Source: a virus. From it: DNA of 64,000 nucleotides. This document shows, piece by piece, positions 39,301 to 47,692 of the stretch; the first letter of the stretch is position 1; every line of letters starts with the position of its first letter. The notes below the pieces were generated by a model. The model saw only the letters and a list, made by a program, of their open reading frames with translations, was not told the origin of the DNA and ran no database searches. The position numbers and the translations under genes are program-made. Location: positions 45,101 through 109,100 of the IMG/VR virus record IMGVR_UViG_3300044970_001982; one strand, given 5' to 3'.

Positions 39301-40042
39301 TACCAGCAGCTGCGCCGGCTGCCTCAAATGGCAGCATCATTGTTACTAGGGCGGTGCTTGATTCTTTAACAAAGTCTGTAACTACGTCTACTGGATTATA
39401 CCAATTAACCTTAGCCTTATCTTCACGACCACCAAATATTGGGTCTACTAATGCTTTTTGTCCGACATAAAGTGCTGGCAATTCATAGGGAAGCCTTCTG
39501 GCAGATTTGACCATTCTAGCTTGAAATGAATCTCTTGCAGACCATATGGCAGCTGGTTCATATTCTGTACCTTTACCTGCCTGAGCTAATTCATTTTTTG
39601 TAAAATACTGATTGTTTTTTATTGTTCCAGTTGTTAATTTTCCGCCACGCTCAAAAACAAGTTGACTATACGGATCCAACTGATTTGGATCAACGCCATC
39701 AATACTTCTTGATACACCTTCTAGTGCATCTAACTCTCTTCGGAATTCAGTTAAGCTACGAAGAGCTCTTGAAGAAAGTCCATCAGGTTTTACTGATGCC
39801 TGGTCTTGTAAAGTCTTTGCAAGTCTTAAACCACCCTGTTTGGTGACTTTACTGAGCACAAACATGCTACCCATTGTGGCAGCAGCGGTTCCCAGGAATC
39901 TCAGGACTGGGTGGTTATTTAAAGCTCTACTGACAAATGTAGAATTGGGAGCGTCTCCACGCTCTTCATCCTGAGTATTAGGAATATCCCTTGAGGTTAC
40001 ACTGTAGCCTAAATTTTTAATTGGGCCAGGATCTCTTATCAA
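33380..40042 (-). CDS. Tape-measure-like / ejected internal virion protein
   Basis: 2220 aa, A/G/R-rich and helical with several hydrophobic segments; directly downstream of the tail chaperones; TTG start. Confidence 0.6.
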   Translation of the reverse strand: MIRDPGPIKNLGYSVTSRDIPNTQDEERGDAPNSTFVSRALNNHPVLRFLGTAAATMGSMFVLSKVTKQGGLRLAKTLQDQASVKPDGLSSRALRSLTEFRRELDALEGVSRSIDGVDPNQLDPYSQLVFERGGKLTTGTIKNNQYFTKNELAQAGKGTEYEPAAIWSARDSFQARMVKSARRLPYELPALYVGQKALVDPIFGGREDKAKVNWYNPVDVVTDFVKESSTALVTMMLPFEAAGAAAGNARHSIMTFRQSMGDVTRSMGVNTFKTRAAQKFVDLSDVLSEVGHDLSKIANQALKISAQTSGGIQAATKQYYADRPNLPAILSAARNTRAREAWAASSGQNTLKRAATFGRRLAFGDGADGSFGYIDLLPGLRGLGSSVRQGINEFRKVGAGYDVINRSVEFDTMVRSGASRGIISDASDLTSVIKRIQSGYGNRMSRLAQKIESTGGGGVGSGSFYTSEFFRGQEQSAYKEVLQRAILKNAGRTNDEAFEKLTNNFVNQIHVERGVTEVSRKITIGKTKILKEGDEAFEEILTRFSGTANTNIPGGFLTTDALRSSIDDATRVFEGREFQAQLRRRAEKAWSAVSDQGFPAVASKILKTKKASFEDFSDLNNLTSAKRDFLIKRSAQRMGVQLKHSDGRDVSEAVLSNRLAGLGIDTSNLLQMRSFLVREKQISSGIFAGGYNILGLRPMTLDEGFEKGIFSNLTDDSQNIIRDIGKRVALQDPTTTSASVSVLRDTYVTRSGNVLDFSGIRQSISNVGNFFARDLKIPILNFNPAQMLGKGSFDEMAGRAPFQIVQGKVAQPFLSETDQAADFYLFFSGGRTKGQVMAFNREAMTGQYQSRQLEGFYRPLSRTSSEMLSRQARNAASERDVKSLNQLNALKLDENGNPINRSKLFKALRVSPQKELQFREKFDIDFEQPNSLPGLLKRFAQRKTDVDNPAFFARILKGETVNVKGKNYKLDVGAEASSAVRIVDDSGAEMISEGEFLRAFERFRKSTFGTAMPRKVMKSIEDRGVGTFYGQRTSELNNVQDTIAFAQRILARSTDDAAQLRSRGFDTDTFYMMGSRIRKMLEEADLMSGSHIRAKSPTILTREDQLKNEIFRYLIQRDELLAQGAAGATGRSYGNAFIQINQAISEMAGQLPAGQLAEAQAAAFSTLLNLSSFRANRSNLSNLAVQRGSVREAASIIRGNAEKGVSGVEKLLDPYVKGTTARIGEIGKSGLFKQFLYPKLSTAPYSMSDFASDALGSTRGPGADVLLTPTFGTVFGRDPFAAIKSVLGINTFNNTQGYSSASAAISHGVERLNKYFGTLGLQLDVNKYSSPLSLFASGMVGKRVLPIYAAGTGIMTVDRTIGGMVNEKDERGERVYSPFFIGGAAKVAGNLHALGAGITPGGMNFQEKKEQLFEGEVAIRQGRFWPLGNTPFMGGKIMYYRPSIYRKIEAGAMFTSDTYGSPIEKALFYTDISPLRPFDPYRFERKHFVDRPYPVTGEYFSGPFGPLVPALNATVGRILKPETLMHERELAAGLANYAPAGQSGAYNAAAYISGGMTQGSVPGGPLGSGMPIPVGGVSSSGAGGMQASTNAMLAGRAGALNTAQADTRNTISSINNQYLQMAYGPSKVSGVMPQRIIPAGAPLSVGNVQVQSQELGYRTQEMLGIYGFGIGTLRENFGYGQSDFAPQRSVLQAASKAYGTSRQFWDLNLGGLGDIPLMSGSQVGSLEFSEVTRRFIPKERTDVNYINPIRNLMGQQYPFLPGPEYFTDFTTGDPFAKVQEGELRLPGVAYERLNRLRSDETGRYGLLDQYKILGDVAPYSRQYRALDKKIDTMVNDPADRIYVQDLRERTLAAQQKRQFTDYKYRYQSAQEAGSHPLPYALGRAAEYIAHRDTFINRKFLNKTTAVEDWERNNVYGATFPEWQRPVESFIEPMINKAANRNPLAAASALAVTGTFFGKTAKGKLISSAVGAITGLVVSSFNQAKEAITGEKFIPETRKKELALEEYADILTYVKNTRLANMAEASGDRGAAFQFRSAAKRTMYGAPIEDINSGKYGTDIESLSLAIPKRKREHFKAMINAPVEERQQILSTAGRLERRIYQAAWGMNVERRPDLVDYFSRHELPAEHWEGWHPNTNMDQVKIKMGQSMGLQMSQMGYYPQQIQEANLTNPSYPKFGQSNSGADIAYQLRSLMNGMGVTGTVTPVMNPFGSQQIDISAGVR

Positions 40043-40055
40043 GGTTTTGTCCTAT

Positions 40056-40685
40056 CTAACCTACACCCCACAACTTACGAGCAATGGGGTCTTCATATTT
40101 TGCTTCTCCATCTTTAATGGACATATTGTGGCGAGCTGCTCTAATCTTCTCTTTTTCTTCTTCTTCTTCAGGATCTATTAATTGCAAAGTAAGATTTGTT
40201 GGCTCTATACCATTTATTCCTTGTTTAATTTCTATGATTTTTTCTGCTAGTGCAACTTTTTCAGCTAATTCAGAAAATGTCATTTCATCTAAATTTTCAG
40301 GAGTATATGTACTTATAGTAGCGAGAACAAAGGCTTTCATTAAATTTTTAACTTCTGTTGCTTCAAATCTTTTTGATTCTAAAGTAGCCTTCGCTACTTT
40401 TACGCTAAAGAATCCAGATATATCTAATATCTCTTGAGCTAAAGAAGATACTGCTCCTGGAGGAATTCTCATTGTATCAAATTGCTCTGGGTATATTATG
40501 GCAAAAGATAATATTAGATCTTCCATATCAGCTGATGAAAAATCTTCTAATTCTTGCAAATAAAGAATTTTATTATATTCTTTAAATGTCAACTCTCTAA
40601 ATATAAGAGTCTGCCCTTTGATATCAACGCTATAGATATTTCCATATTTGTTTTTTAAAGCAAAAACTAAATCTGAATCTATCAT
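40056..40685 (-). CDS. Tail assembly chaperone 2
   Basis: KNKYGNIYSV...IFRELTFKEY...SLAQEILDISGF is paralogous to the upstream gene; lies between tube and tape-measure genes. Confidence 0.65.
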   Translation of the reverse strand: MIDSDLVFALKNKYGNIYSVDIKGQTLIFRELTFKEYNKILYLQELEDFSSADMEDLILSFAIIYPEQFDTMRIPPGAVSSLAQEILDISGFFSVKVAKATLESKRFEATEVKNLMKAFVLATISTYTPENLDEMTFSELAEKVALAEKIIEIKQGINGIEPTNLTLQLIDPEEEEEKEKIRAARHNMSIKDGEAKYEDPIARKLWGVG

Positions 40686-40688
40686 TTC

Positions 40689-41231
40689 TTATAACTGTCT
40701 TACCTCTAAAGCCACGAATCCAGAAGCCTCTAAAACCTCTTGGGCGATTAGCGATGGCAATCCTGCCATAAATCCAGTGGAGTTATTCTTATCAAATTTT
40801 GGATACAACATGCATAGCTCTGCAATTGTCTCTTCATTCCAGAGATTTGCCTCAGCAGTTGAAAGCTGTCCAGCCTGAACTAACTGTTCCATCTTTTTGA
40901 CAATTTGCTTATACTCTGCTCTATTTAATACTCTCCATACAACATGCTTATCATATGTAATAGAGGTTACATATATGTCGCCATATTGCTTTTTCCAGTC
41001 TTTGACCAGGCCAGCCTTTGGTCCATTTTCCCAGATTTCTTCATCATCGGGAACGTCTTCAATGTCTTTATAATCTGCTTCATCGTCAGAATCCATTGAC
41101 TCTTCAACGAAAGAGATATCGTCATTCAAGTTACTAACGTCCTCTAAAGATAGGTCAATTGTTGCTGTTTTAGAATCTTCATTTGATTCAATGTCTATAT
41201 TCGAAACTACAACTTTTCTTTTATTATCCAT
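40689..41231 (-). CDS. Tail assembly chaperone 1
   Basis: WKKQYGDIYV...VWRVLNRAEY...LIAQEVLEASGF; acidic N-terminus; typical position. Confidence 0.65.
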   Translation of the reverse strand: MDNKRKVVVSNIDIESNEDSKTATIDLSLEDVSNLNDDISFVEESMDSDDEADYKDIEDVPDDEEIWENGPKAGLVKDWKKQYGDIYVTSITYDKHVVWRVLNRAEYKQIVKKMEQLVQAGQLSTAEANLWNEETIAELCMLYPKFDKNNSTGFMAGLPSLIAQEVLEASGFVALEVRQL

Positions 41232-41260
41232 AACATGTTCTCCTTTGTCAGAACTAAATT

Positions 41261-41289
41261 ATTATATCACATTACATTTTTCTATACAA
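41261..41289 (-). promoter_or_regulatory. Sigma70/sigmaA-like promoter TTGTAT-17-TATAAT with extended -10 (TGn)
   Basis: Minus strand TTGTAT(41289-41284), 17-nt spacer, TGATATAAT(41269-41261); intergenic, 30 nt before an ATG with AGGAG RBS. Confidence 0.7.
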
Positions 41290-42261
41290 CTAGAAACTTA
41301 AATTTTGACCATTCTGCTGCTGAAAATCTTGCCAATTGCTTGTTGAGCTAACTGGAACCTGCGACTGAGTCTGCCTTGCAGAATTGGGGGTATTTGATGC
41401 TACAAATGTAGTACTTGTCTTTATTAAGTCATCAGGAACTTCAGAGAAATAATGATCTCTTGCTATAAACTGATATGTTTCAGCTAAAGCCTGACCACCT
41501 GGGGTATAAACCATAGACATATTCATTAAGTTAACTTCTTGAATAATAATTTTCATGGGGGTTGTTAAATTACTTGATTTAACGGTTCTTTGATTATAAT
41601 CTGAAATCATCATTTGATCTGTTAGATCTGTCCTTTTTTCATCCTGATTTTGAAATGCGTTTGTAGGTGTAAGGGCAATTTCTTCTAATCCATAGACTAT
41701 AACAAAATTAAATGGTGGGTGGGCGCTAAAGATGTTTCTATTTGAATTTTGAACATTCTTAGCAAAGGGGTCCTGACTGACTCTATCTAGTTGACTACGC
41801 GCCCAGTATTTATCCATCAATCTTTCGTCTTCTTCGTTTTCAAATGTAGAGCGTAAGTTTGATGCTATTTTATTTGGAGAATTTTTATCTTTGGCAGCAG
41901 CTACTCTCATTTGTGCTGCAATTTCTAGAAGTTCTGTCATTCTTCTGGGATATCTTGTGAAGATAGTTATTTCTCCATTTATAATTCTTGAACCATACAT
42001 CATGGCGTCATAATTGTATGACCAAAATCCATATAAAGGCTGCTTTTCTTGTCTGACATTAAAGCCAAATGTTGCGATGTCTAATTCGTATTCTGGAGCA
42101 AATAGTCCATCAATATAGACTCGAATATCTTCGCCACTAAAATAATAGTCGTAATAATTAGTAAACCTTAGGTCATTCTTTGCTCCACCACCCCATACCA
42201 AATCTAGCTTTTCATGAAGTGGGTCAAACTCTCTTATTCCATCATTATTTCTTATCGTCAT
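41290..42261 (-). CDS. Tail tube-fold protein 3 (tube initiator-like)
   Basis: YFSGEDIRV...FNVRQEKQPLYGF...GSRIINGEITI...PPFNFVI aligns by eye with the tube protein. Confidence 0.65.
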   Translation of the reverse strand: MTIRNNDGIREFDPLHEKLDLVWGGGAKNDLRFTNYYDYYFSGEDIRVYIDGLFAPEYELDIATFGFNVRQEKQPLYGFWSYNYDAMMYGSRIINGEITIFTRYPRRMTELLEIAAQMRVAAAKDKNSPNKIASNLRSTFENEEDERLMDKYWARSQLDRVSQDPFAKNVQNSNRNIFSAHPPFNFVIVYGLEEIALTPTNAFQNQDEKRTDLTDQMMISDYNQRTVKSSNLTTPMKIIIQEVNLMNMSMVYTPGGQALAETYQFIARDHYFSEVPDDLIKTSTTFVASNTPNSARQTQSQVPVSSTSNWQDFQQQNGQNLSF

Positions 42262-43019
42262 ATTGGCTTAACTTCTTTAGTCTTAGTCACCTTGTTATAC
42301 TTTTGATTATAGTATTCGGCCTCATTTAACTGAGCTAATTCATCTATAATTAAATCGCCAAACACATTGGTGCTTATTTGATCTCGGGCTTTCATTTCAT
42401 CAGTATAAGAATCATCCCTAGAAACAAGAGCATCATCTGGCATCTTGATGAGTGGCTGTATTCCTCTTGCCATATATGTATATGTTTGCTCTGTAATCAA
42501 GTCATCAATAGATAGAGTTTGACCTTCATCTACTATAGTAACTCCATACAGTTTCATTTTTGCACCTAATCCATACTCATTAAAAAATGTAATGACTATA
42601 TCAAAGGGTGGCAACATATCTGCAAGAGGAGCAAAGAATCCCTTTTTTCTTGATAGATATTCTTTGAACTGCTTTATTCTATAGAACGCATATTCATTAA
42701 ACACTGTGAATATTAGGCTGCCGGCGATTGTTCTTCCACCTTTTACGAAACCTTTTACGTTTACATGTCCAAGAGTTCTTATTGGCGAGTTTTCTCTATG
42801 TATAGAGTATGATATTGTCTGCAATTCACCTAAGGTAATTACATCTCCAGATCCATCTATGTTTCCATCTTTGCCAATTACTGGAATAATGATTGTTGCG
42901 ACTGCGTCAGCCCCAGAAAATGACATTGTTGATAAAAATTTATCTGGATCAAATAAATCATTTTTTTGATTTTCTATTTTTTTATTTTCGCTTAAACTGA
43001 ATATTTTTGGACCTACCAT
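42258..43019 (-). CDS. Tail tube-fold protein 2
   Basis: SFSGADAVAT...SIHRENSPIRTLG...GGRTIAGSLIFTVF...ADMLPPFDIVITFFNEYG, a clear paralogue of 43092..43754. Confidence 0.75.
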   Translation of the reverse strand: MVGPKIFSLSENKKIENQKNDLFDPDKFLSTMSFSGADAVATIIIPVIGKDGNIDGSGDVITLGELQTISYSIHRENSPIRTLGHVNVKGFVKGGRTIAGSLIFTVFNEYAFYRIKQFKEYLSRKKGFFAPLADMLPPFDIVITFFNEYGLGAKMKLYGVTIVDEGQTLSIDDLITEQTYTYMARGIQPLIKMPDDALVSRDDSYTDEMKARDQISTNVFGDLIIDELAQLNEAEYYNQKYNKVTKTKEVKPI

Positions 43020-43036
43020 ATTATTCTCCTATAACT

Positions 43037-43071
43037 AAAAAGGTGCACGGAATATACATCCATGCACCTTT
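43037..43071 (-). terminator. Rho-independent terminator after the major tube gene
   Basis: Minus strand AAAGGTGCATGGA-TGTATAT-TCCGTGCACCTTTTT: 13-bp stem with one U.G pair, followed by a U-tract. Confidence 0.8.
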
Positions 43072-43091
43072 GTTAGAGAGTGATAAAACTA

Positions 43092-43754
43092 TCAGGGTCT
43101 GATAATTGTAGTATTAAGACCTTCTGGTGTTATTCCTACAAGATTAGTGGGATCAACCATGCTATCGTTTCTGATGGTATACATAGGCCCTAATTCGCGA
43201 GCTACATATGTCATTGTTTCTTCGATAACGATGTCATCCATCGATGCACCTGAACCTTCATTAAGAAGTTCTACACCATAGATTGATCTTACTGCTGCTT
43301 GACCATACTCATTGGCAAAGGTTACTGTAATATCGAATGGGGGAATTTGGTCAGCGTAGAAAGGAACTTTTCTTACCACACCAGTCTTCTGCTCATTAAC
43401 ATCTACAATACCTCTCTTGTGACCGGGATCACCAGGAAGTGTGTTACTGGTTCTTGTATAGAAGTCCATTGGTCTTTCATTGGTATAGTTCTGTTCCAAC
43501 ATCTTGTATAGTGCTGGACGATCAAAAACTGTAAATATTAGTGATCCAGCAATACCTCTTTTTCCTCTTGAGAAAGAACGAGGGTTGGGTGAACCCATTG
43601 TGTAGATGGGTGCCTTTTCTCTTGTTACTGAGAAAGTAATTCCAGAAAGTGCACCTATTTCAACTCCACCAAATGTAGCTACAATATCTGCTCCAGAGAA
43701 TGTAGTATAGGTGTTGAGATATTTATTTACTGATGTGTATTCTTCGGCTGCCAT
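43092..43754 (-). CDS. Major tail tube protein
   Basis: 220 aa directly after the sheath gene; strong RBS (GGAGGG) and its own terminator; FSGADIVATF...TREKAPIYTMG...RGIAGSLIFTVF. Confidence 0.8.
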   Translation of the reverse strand: MAAEEYTSVNKYLNTYTTFSGADIVATFGGVEIGALSGITFSVTREKAPIYTMGSPNPRSFSRGKRGIAGSLIFTVFDRPALYKMLEQNYTNERPMDFYTRTSNTLPGDPGHKRGIVDVNEQKTGVVRKVPFYADQIPPFDITVTFANEYGQAAVRSIYGVELLNEGSGASMDDIVIEETMTYVARELGPMYTIRNDSMVDPTNLVGITPEGLNTTIIRP

Positions 43755-43781
43755 TTAAGTTACCCTCCTAATCGGTAATTA

Positions 43782-45017
43782 TTATAGATTAATGGCTACT
43801 CTGACTTCGATTTCTTTGAGCTCGAAGGCAGGTGTTAAAATGAGGTCTACAATCGCCTTATTTTCGTTTGGTATATAAGAGACTGTAAAGTCACTACCAA
43901 GTAAGGCTCCTACTATTTGCATTCCTCTCAAGCCAGATGTTATTGCTGTTTCCATTGCATTGCGTGTTTGAATGTTTGATGGCTCACCAACAAATCTCTG
44001 GCAGGCTTGTCTTACAACTGATGTTGCGTCGTCAACAATTCTCTTTGTTGAGAGACGTGTGTAATCTGATGTTGACCAAGCAAATGTTAGGCCTTCACCA
44101 AATACTGGAATCTTGTTAAAGTTTATAATTACAGAGTTAACGCCCTTTGTTCCCAAAGCTGCCTGCTGAGTTCTTGTTGGAGCGTAGCGAACAGAATCTA
44201 TGTTGTACAAAGGCTTATTAACTACTGAGCTATAAGAAGGATTTAGGCTCATAGTTGCAGCTAAGTTAGCTGCACCATTTGAGTATCCAAATTCTGTTGT
44301 GCCAGATACATAATTAACTGGCTTAACCTCTGATGCTACGATTGTAACATATGGTCCAACTTCCTTAAGAAGATCACTGGCGTCACGATCTGGCAATGAG
44401 CTAACAGCTAAGTGTGAGTTAACCTGACCAGGAGTCATTGTTTCTGAAGCTCCTGTATAGGGCTTGATTCCCATAACGGCGACGCATGGGTTAATATTCT
44501 CTGAAATGTCCTTAACCTTAGCTGCTACCTTATAGGCCCAGTTGCTAGTTACTGTGGCACTATTATCTGCATAGAAACCAAATTCTGGAGAACTTGGAGT
44601 AGCTGCCCATTCATCTGGATGAGCGCCTCTTCCCCATGGAATAATAACATCAGGAATAACAGCTTCAGCTGCAATGAATGCAGCGTCAAAAACACTGCCG
44701 CCATATGAGCTACTTGTTACTGTTCCGGTACTATGGGTCCATGTTGTATCGCTTGGCAACGGAACAATATACACTCTGCCGGCACCAGCTAAAATAAGTT
44801 CTAGGTAGGCGCGGTGAGCATCTGAGCCATCGCCAAATGCAGTGATAACATCAGCCTCATTAGAGGCTCTAACGACATCAAGATCAGCTACAGAACCTGT
44901 GCCACTGGCGGTACTACGCTTGGCAATCGCAACGATTCTGGGACCAACTGGTGTGTCCTGACGTGAGACGCTATAGAAGCGATCTCTTATTAAAGTTTTT
45001 ACTCCAGGTGTAGCCAT
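43782..45017 (-). CDS. Major tail sheath protein
   Basis: N-terminal MATPGVKTLI (PGV motif); C-terminal DYTRLSTKRIVD...FVGEPSN...LTPAFELKEI; GGAGG RBS. Confidence 0.88.
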   Translation of the reverse strand: MATPGVKTLIRDRFYSVSRQDTPVGPRIVAIAKRSTASGTGSVADLDVVRASNEADVITAFGDGSDAHRAYLELILAGAGRVYIVPLPSDTTWTHSTGTVTSSSYGGSVFDAAFIAAEAVIPDVIIPWGRGAHPDEWAATPSSPEFGFYADNSATVTSNWAYKVAAKVKDISENINPCVAVMGIKPYTGASETMTPGQVNSHLAVSSLPDRDASDLLKEVGPYVTIVASEVKPVNYVSGTTEFGYSNGAANLAATMSLNPSYSSVVNKPLYNIDSVRYAPTRTQQAALGTKGVNSVIINFNKIPVFGEGLTFAWSTSDYTRLSTKRIVDDATSVVRQACQRFVGEPSNIQTRNAMETAITSGLRGMQIVGALLGSDFTVSYIPNENKAIVDLILTPAFELKEIEVRVAINL

Positions 45018-45061
45018 GTTGTATTTTATCCTCCAAATTAAAAGACGTATTTGAATCTTTC

Positions 45062-45071
45062 TTTATAGTAA
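45062..45071 (-). promoter_or_regulatory. Putative late promoter box TTACTATAAA (sheath)
   Basis: Intergenic, about 45 nt upstream of the sheath ATG; the motif recurs before other structural genes. Confidence 0.6.
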
Positions 45072-45131
45072 CACCTAAGTTATAAAAACAACTACATACT
45101 TAAATTGACTATCTTCAGAATATATAGGCTT

Positions 45132-46094
45132 TTATGTATTGGGTGTTGCATTTTGGAATAGATCAACTATATTTCCAGTTGTTCCTTCAATATTTGGTGT
45201 AGCCAATTGATTTCTTAATAGATCTCGTTCATATGCCATCCACATTCTTGCATCTACAGCTATCGACTCTATTCTTTCATTCTTAATTGCATACGTCTTT
45301 TCTGTTGTTAACATATATGTAACAGTTCTTTTGTGTATGTCACTTCCAGCTCTATTAATTTCTGAGTCAGCCAATCTTCTAGAATAGAATAACTCCGATG
45401 CTCCAGCTGCTTTAAATATTGGAGTATACTCAATCATAAAATCTTCAAATGCCTCAATAATCTGATCACACAAAACTGCAGCGTCTAGATCGTCTCTTGT
45501 TGTTGTTTCTCCATTAAATCCCTGAAAAGTTCCAACTTTAGCCATTACAGTAAAGCCAATTACATTTTGAAATCTTTGGCCATAAATTGTGTAATGATTA
45601 TTAGCTGAACTAACAATATTTTGTCTCATTCTTGGTTTTGGTTCTGTTGTATGAGATTTTCTTAACTCTAGGTGATATCCAATTATTGCTGGATATTCAC
45701 CAATATTTGGAACGGTATCATTTGGTGCGGAAGAAATATCTGACACACCTGATGATGAATTAAATCCGACTCCAGATGTTGAACCCTGAGAATATAAGTC
45801 TCCATCTCCTAGTGTCTTTGCTTGCCAAACATTTGTTGAGTCTTGATAAGAAACGCTTGACTCACGATTTATTGACATTGGCAAAATGGGTATTAATGGA
45901 TTTGAATCTTCCCATAGTTTTTTAACTAAACTAATAAATTCTAAGTATGTTAAATTACCAGAATAGATTTCTTCAATTCCATCTTCATCTACTCTTCTAT
46001 AACCGGGAGCTTGCAATGATTCGACTCCAAACTGTCTTTGAACACCATAGAAGTGAGTTTGATAAGTGGGAAAGCCTCTGTTTATATAAACCAT
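45132..46094 (-). CDS. Putative tail completion/terminator (neck) protein
   Basis: Position between adaptors and sheath; KPRMRQ...GQRFQNVIGF pattern. Confidence 0.5.
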   Translation of the reverse strand: MVYINRGFPTYQTHFYGVQRQFGVESLQAPGYRRVDEDGIEEIYSGNLTYLEFISLVKKLWEDSNPLIPILPMSINRESSVSYQDSTNVWQAKTLGDGDLYSQGSTSGVGFNSSSGVSDISSAPNDTVPNIGEYPAIIGYHLELRKSHTTEPKPRMRQNIVSSANNHYTIYGQRFQNVIGFTVMAKVGTFQGFNGETTTRDDLDAAVLCDQIIEAFEDFMIEYTPIFKAAGASELFYSRRLADSEINRAGSDIHKRTVTYMLTTEKTYAIKNERIESIAVDARMWMAYERDLLRNQLATPNIEGTTGNIVDLFQNATPNT

Positions 46095-46095
46095 T

Positions 46096-47691
46096 TTATG
46101 CTCCGGGTCCTGCTGCTAAACTAAAGTTTACCCTCTTTAATCCAAGAGAAGAAATTAGTTCAATTTCAAATATTAATTTTCCTGAATTTATTTCACTAGT
46201 GTCTATTCCAAGTGAAAAATCTATAATTATATTTTTATTCTTTAAACTCAATAAGAATAGTTTAGTGTCAGAAATTATTCTGTCATAATTAATCATGTCA
46301 AAATTTGACAAACATATACCTTTTACTTCACTAACGACTAAAGAAACTAATCTCATCTGCGCAGTTTTTGAAAAAACAGAATCTGGACTAGCCATTGTGT
46401 ATTCATTGGTTAAATATACTTCAAATGGAACTGCTCTTCTTGTCTTCTTTCCTCTGTATAGAGTATTGATACCAAGCTGTTCTAATTGCTCATACTCTGA
46501 GAAAGTTAAATCAGCTCCATATAAAGACATTGCTCCGGGAATTCTTGTTCTTATTAAAGACTTATTTAAGCTTGCTGATGCTAACATTCCAGCAACAGCG
46601 GTAGCAGCAGTTGAGGTATAACTAACCTTAAGTTGAGGATGCTGAAAAACAAGTTCTCCATAAACTGGAATAACATATCTTCCTTTATCAGAAATTATTT
46701 GAGTACCGTAAGCGTACTGAGTGAGTTTATCTGTAAAAATATAATCTTCTTTTAAAAGATCTATATCTGATGATTTTATTCCGTTTGAACGAGAGCCAAT
46801 AATTCCCATCTGAACATTTCCTGTTGTATTATGAAAATTATTTAGATAATCTGCTAACTGTATAATAAAATCAACATCTCCAGTATTTATAATAGACGTT
46901 TCTAGTGGAACTATTATGTCTATAAAATCTAAATTAATAATAGATTCATAGGTTTCTGCTAACCGATCATAATATCTCTCGTAAAAGTTTTGAGAACTGG
47001 GGGTTGCATCATTTAAACTAAATAAAGTTGTTTCTATTAATCGATTATCGTATTTATCTACATACTCTATCATTGGCGCAGCAGCGCATATCATAATGTC
47101 TCTAGCTCCACAAGAGTATGCGTCTAATACACCTCTTAATAATGGACTATTAATATTTCCATTTAACAGATCAATTGCGTGCTGAATGGAATTTATTTTT
47201 ACTGGAAAATTTAATTCTATTCCATCTGCGTGGCCTACTAAAAGTATCGTATTTGTATTAGATCTATTTAATTGCTCATATGTTGGATTATAATTTATAA
47301 TACCAGATTTAGGAGCAACAACTGAAGTTGGAGATAATGAAGATGTTCCAGCTTTTACCTGAAAAGGTGAGGCTACATTAATTGTTTGTACCTCAGAAGA
47401 TGTTCTTGCTATTACTGAATATTTATATTCAAATAAACTTTGAGGAACTGTGTAATGAAAAGTATATTCTCCAGCAGAAATTCGTTCTATTCTATTTCCA
47501 GTTTCTTCTGGATCCTGATTCAAAAGAGAGTATGGCCCATCTATTAGTGCGCCACCTGCGGACTCACCTCTCAAAACATATACTACTACATCTACTGGGG
47601 TAGCTAATCCTGCTGGATCGTATATACTTCCATCATAATCTGTAAATATGAATTTGAACTGAGCGGATTGTCCCTTAGTTAAAACTAACAT
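46096..47691 (-). CDS. Second sheath-like protein with N-terminal Ig-like domain
   Basis: ILLVGHADG...SPLLRGVLDAYSCGARDI...LEQLGINTL...MRLVSLV resembles the sheath; likely ATG at 47691. Confidence 0.65.
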   Translation of the reverse strand: MLVLTKGQSAQFKFIFTDYDGSIYDPAGLATPVDVVVYVLRGESAGGALIDGPYSLLNQDPEETGNRIERISAGEYTFHYTVPQSLFEYKYSVIARTSSEVQTINVASPFQVKAGTSSLSPTSVVAPKSGIINYNPTYEQLNRSNTNTILLVGHADGIELNFPVKINSIQHAIDLLNGNINSPLLRGVLDAYSCGARDIMICAAAPMIEYVDKYDNRLIETTLFSLNDATPSSQNFYERYYDRLAETYESIINLDFIDIIVPLETSIINTGDVDFIIQLADYLNNFHNTTGNVQMGIIGSRSNGIKSSDIDLLKEDYIFTDKLTQYAYGTQIISDKGRYVIPVYGELVFQHPQLKVSYTSTAATAVAGMLASASLNKSLIRTRIPGAMSLYGADLTFSEYEQLEQLGINTLYRGKKTRRAVPFEVYLTNEYTMASPDSVFSKTAQMRLVSLVVSEVKGICLSNFDMINYDRIISDTKLFLLSLKNKNIIIDFSLGIDTSEINSGKLIFEIELISSLGLKRVNFSLAAGPGA

Positions 47692-47692
47692 A

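Noticed and set aside
40680-40720. Programmed frameshift between the tail chaperones
   Set aside because: No clear slippery heptamer before the first stop; the second ORF has its own ATG and duplicates the first domain
42531-42540. Palindrome TACTATAGTA resembling the late box
   Set aside because: Mid-gene and far from any start codon; likely chance in AT-rich DNA
41290-47691. Extracellular contractile injection system or tailocin
   Set aside because: Portal, protease and capsid genes are present in the same operon, so this is a complete phage virion module
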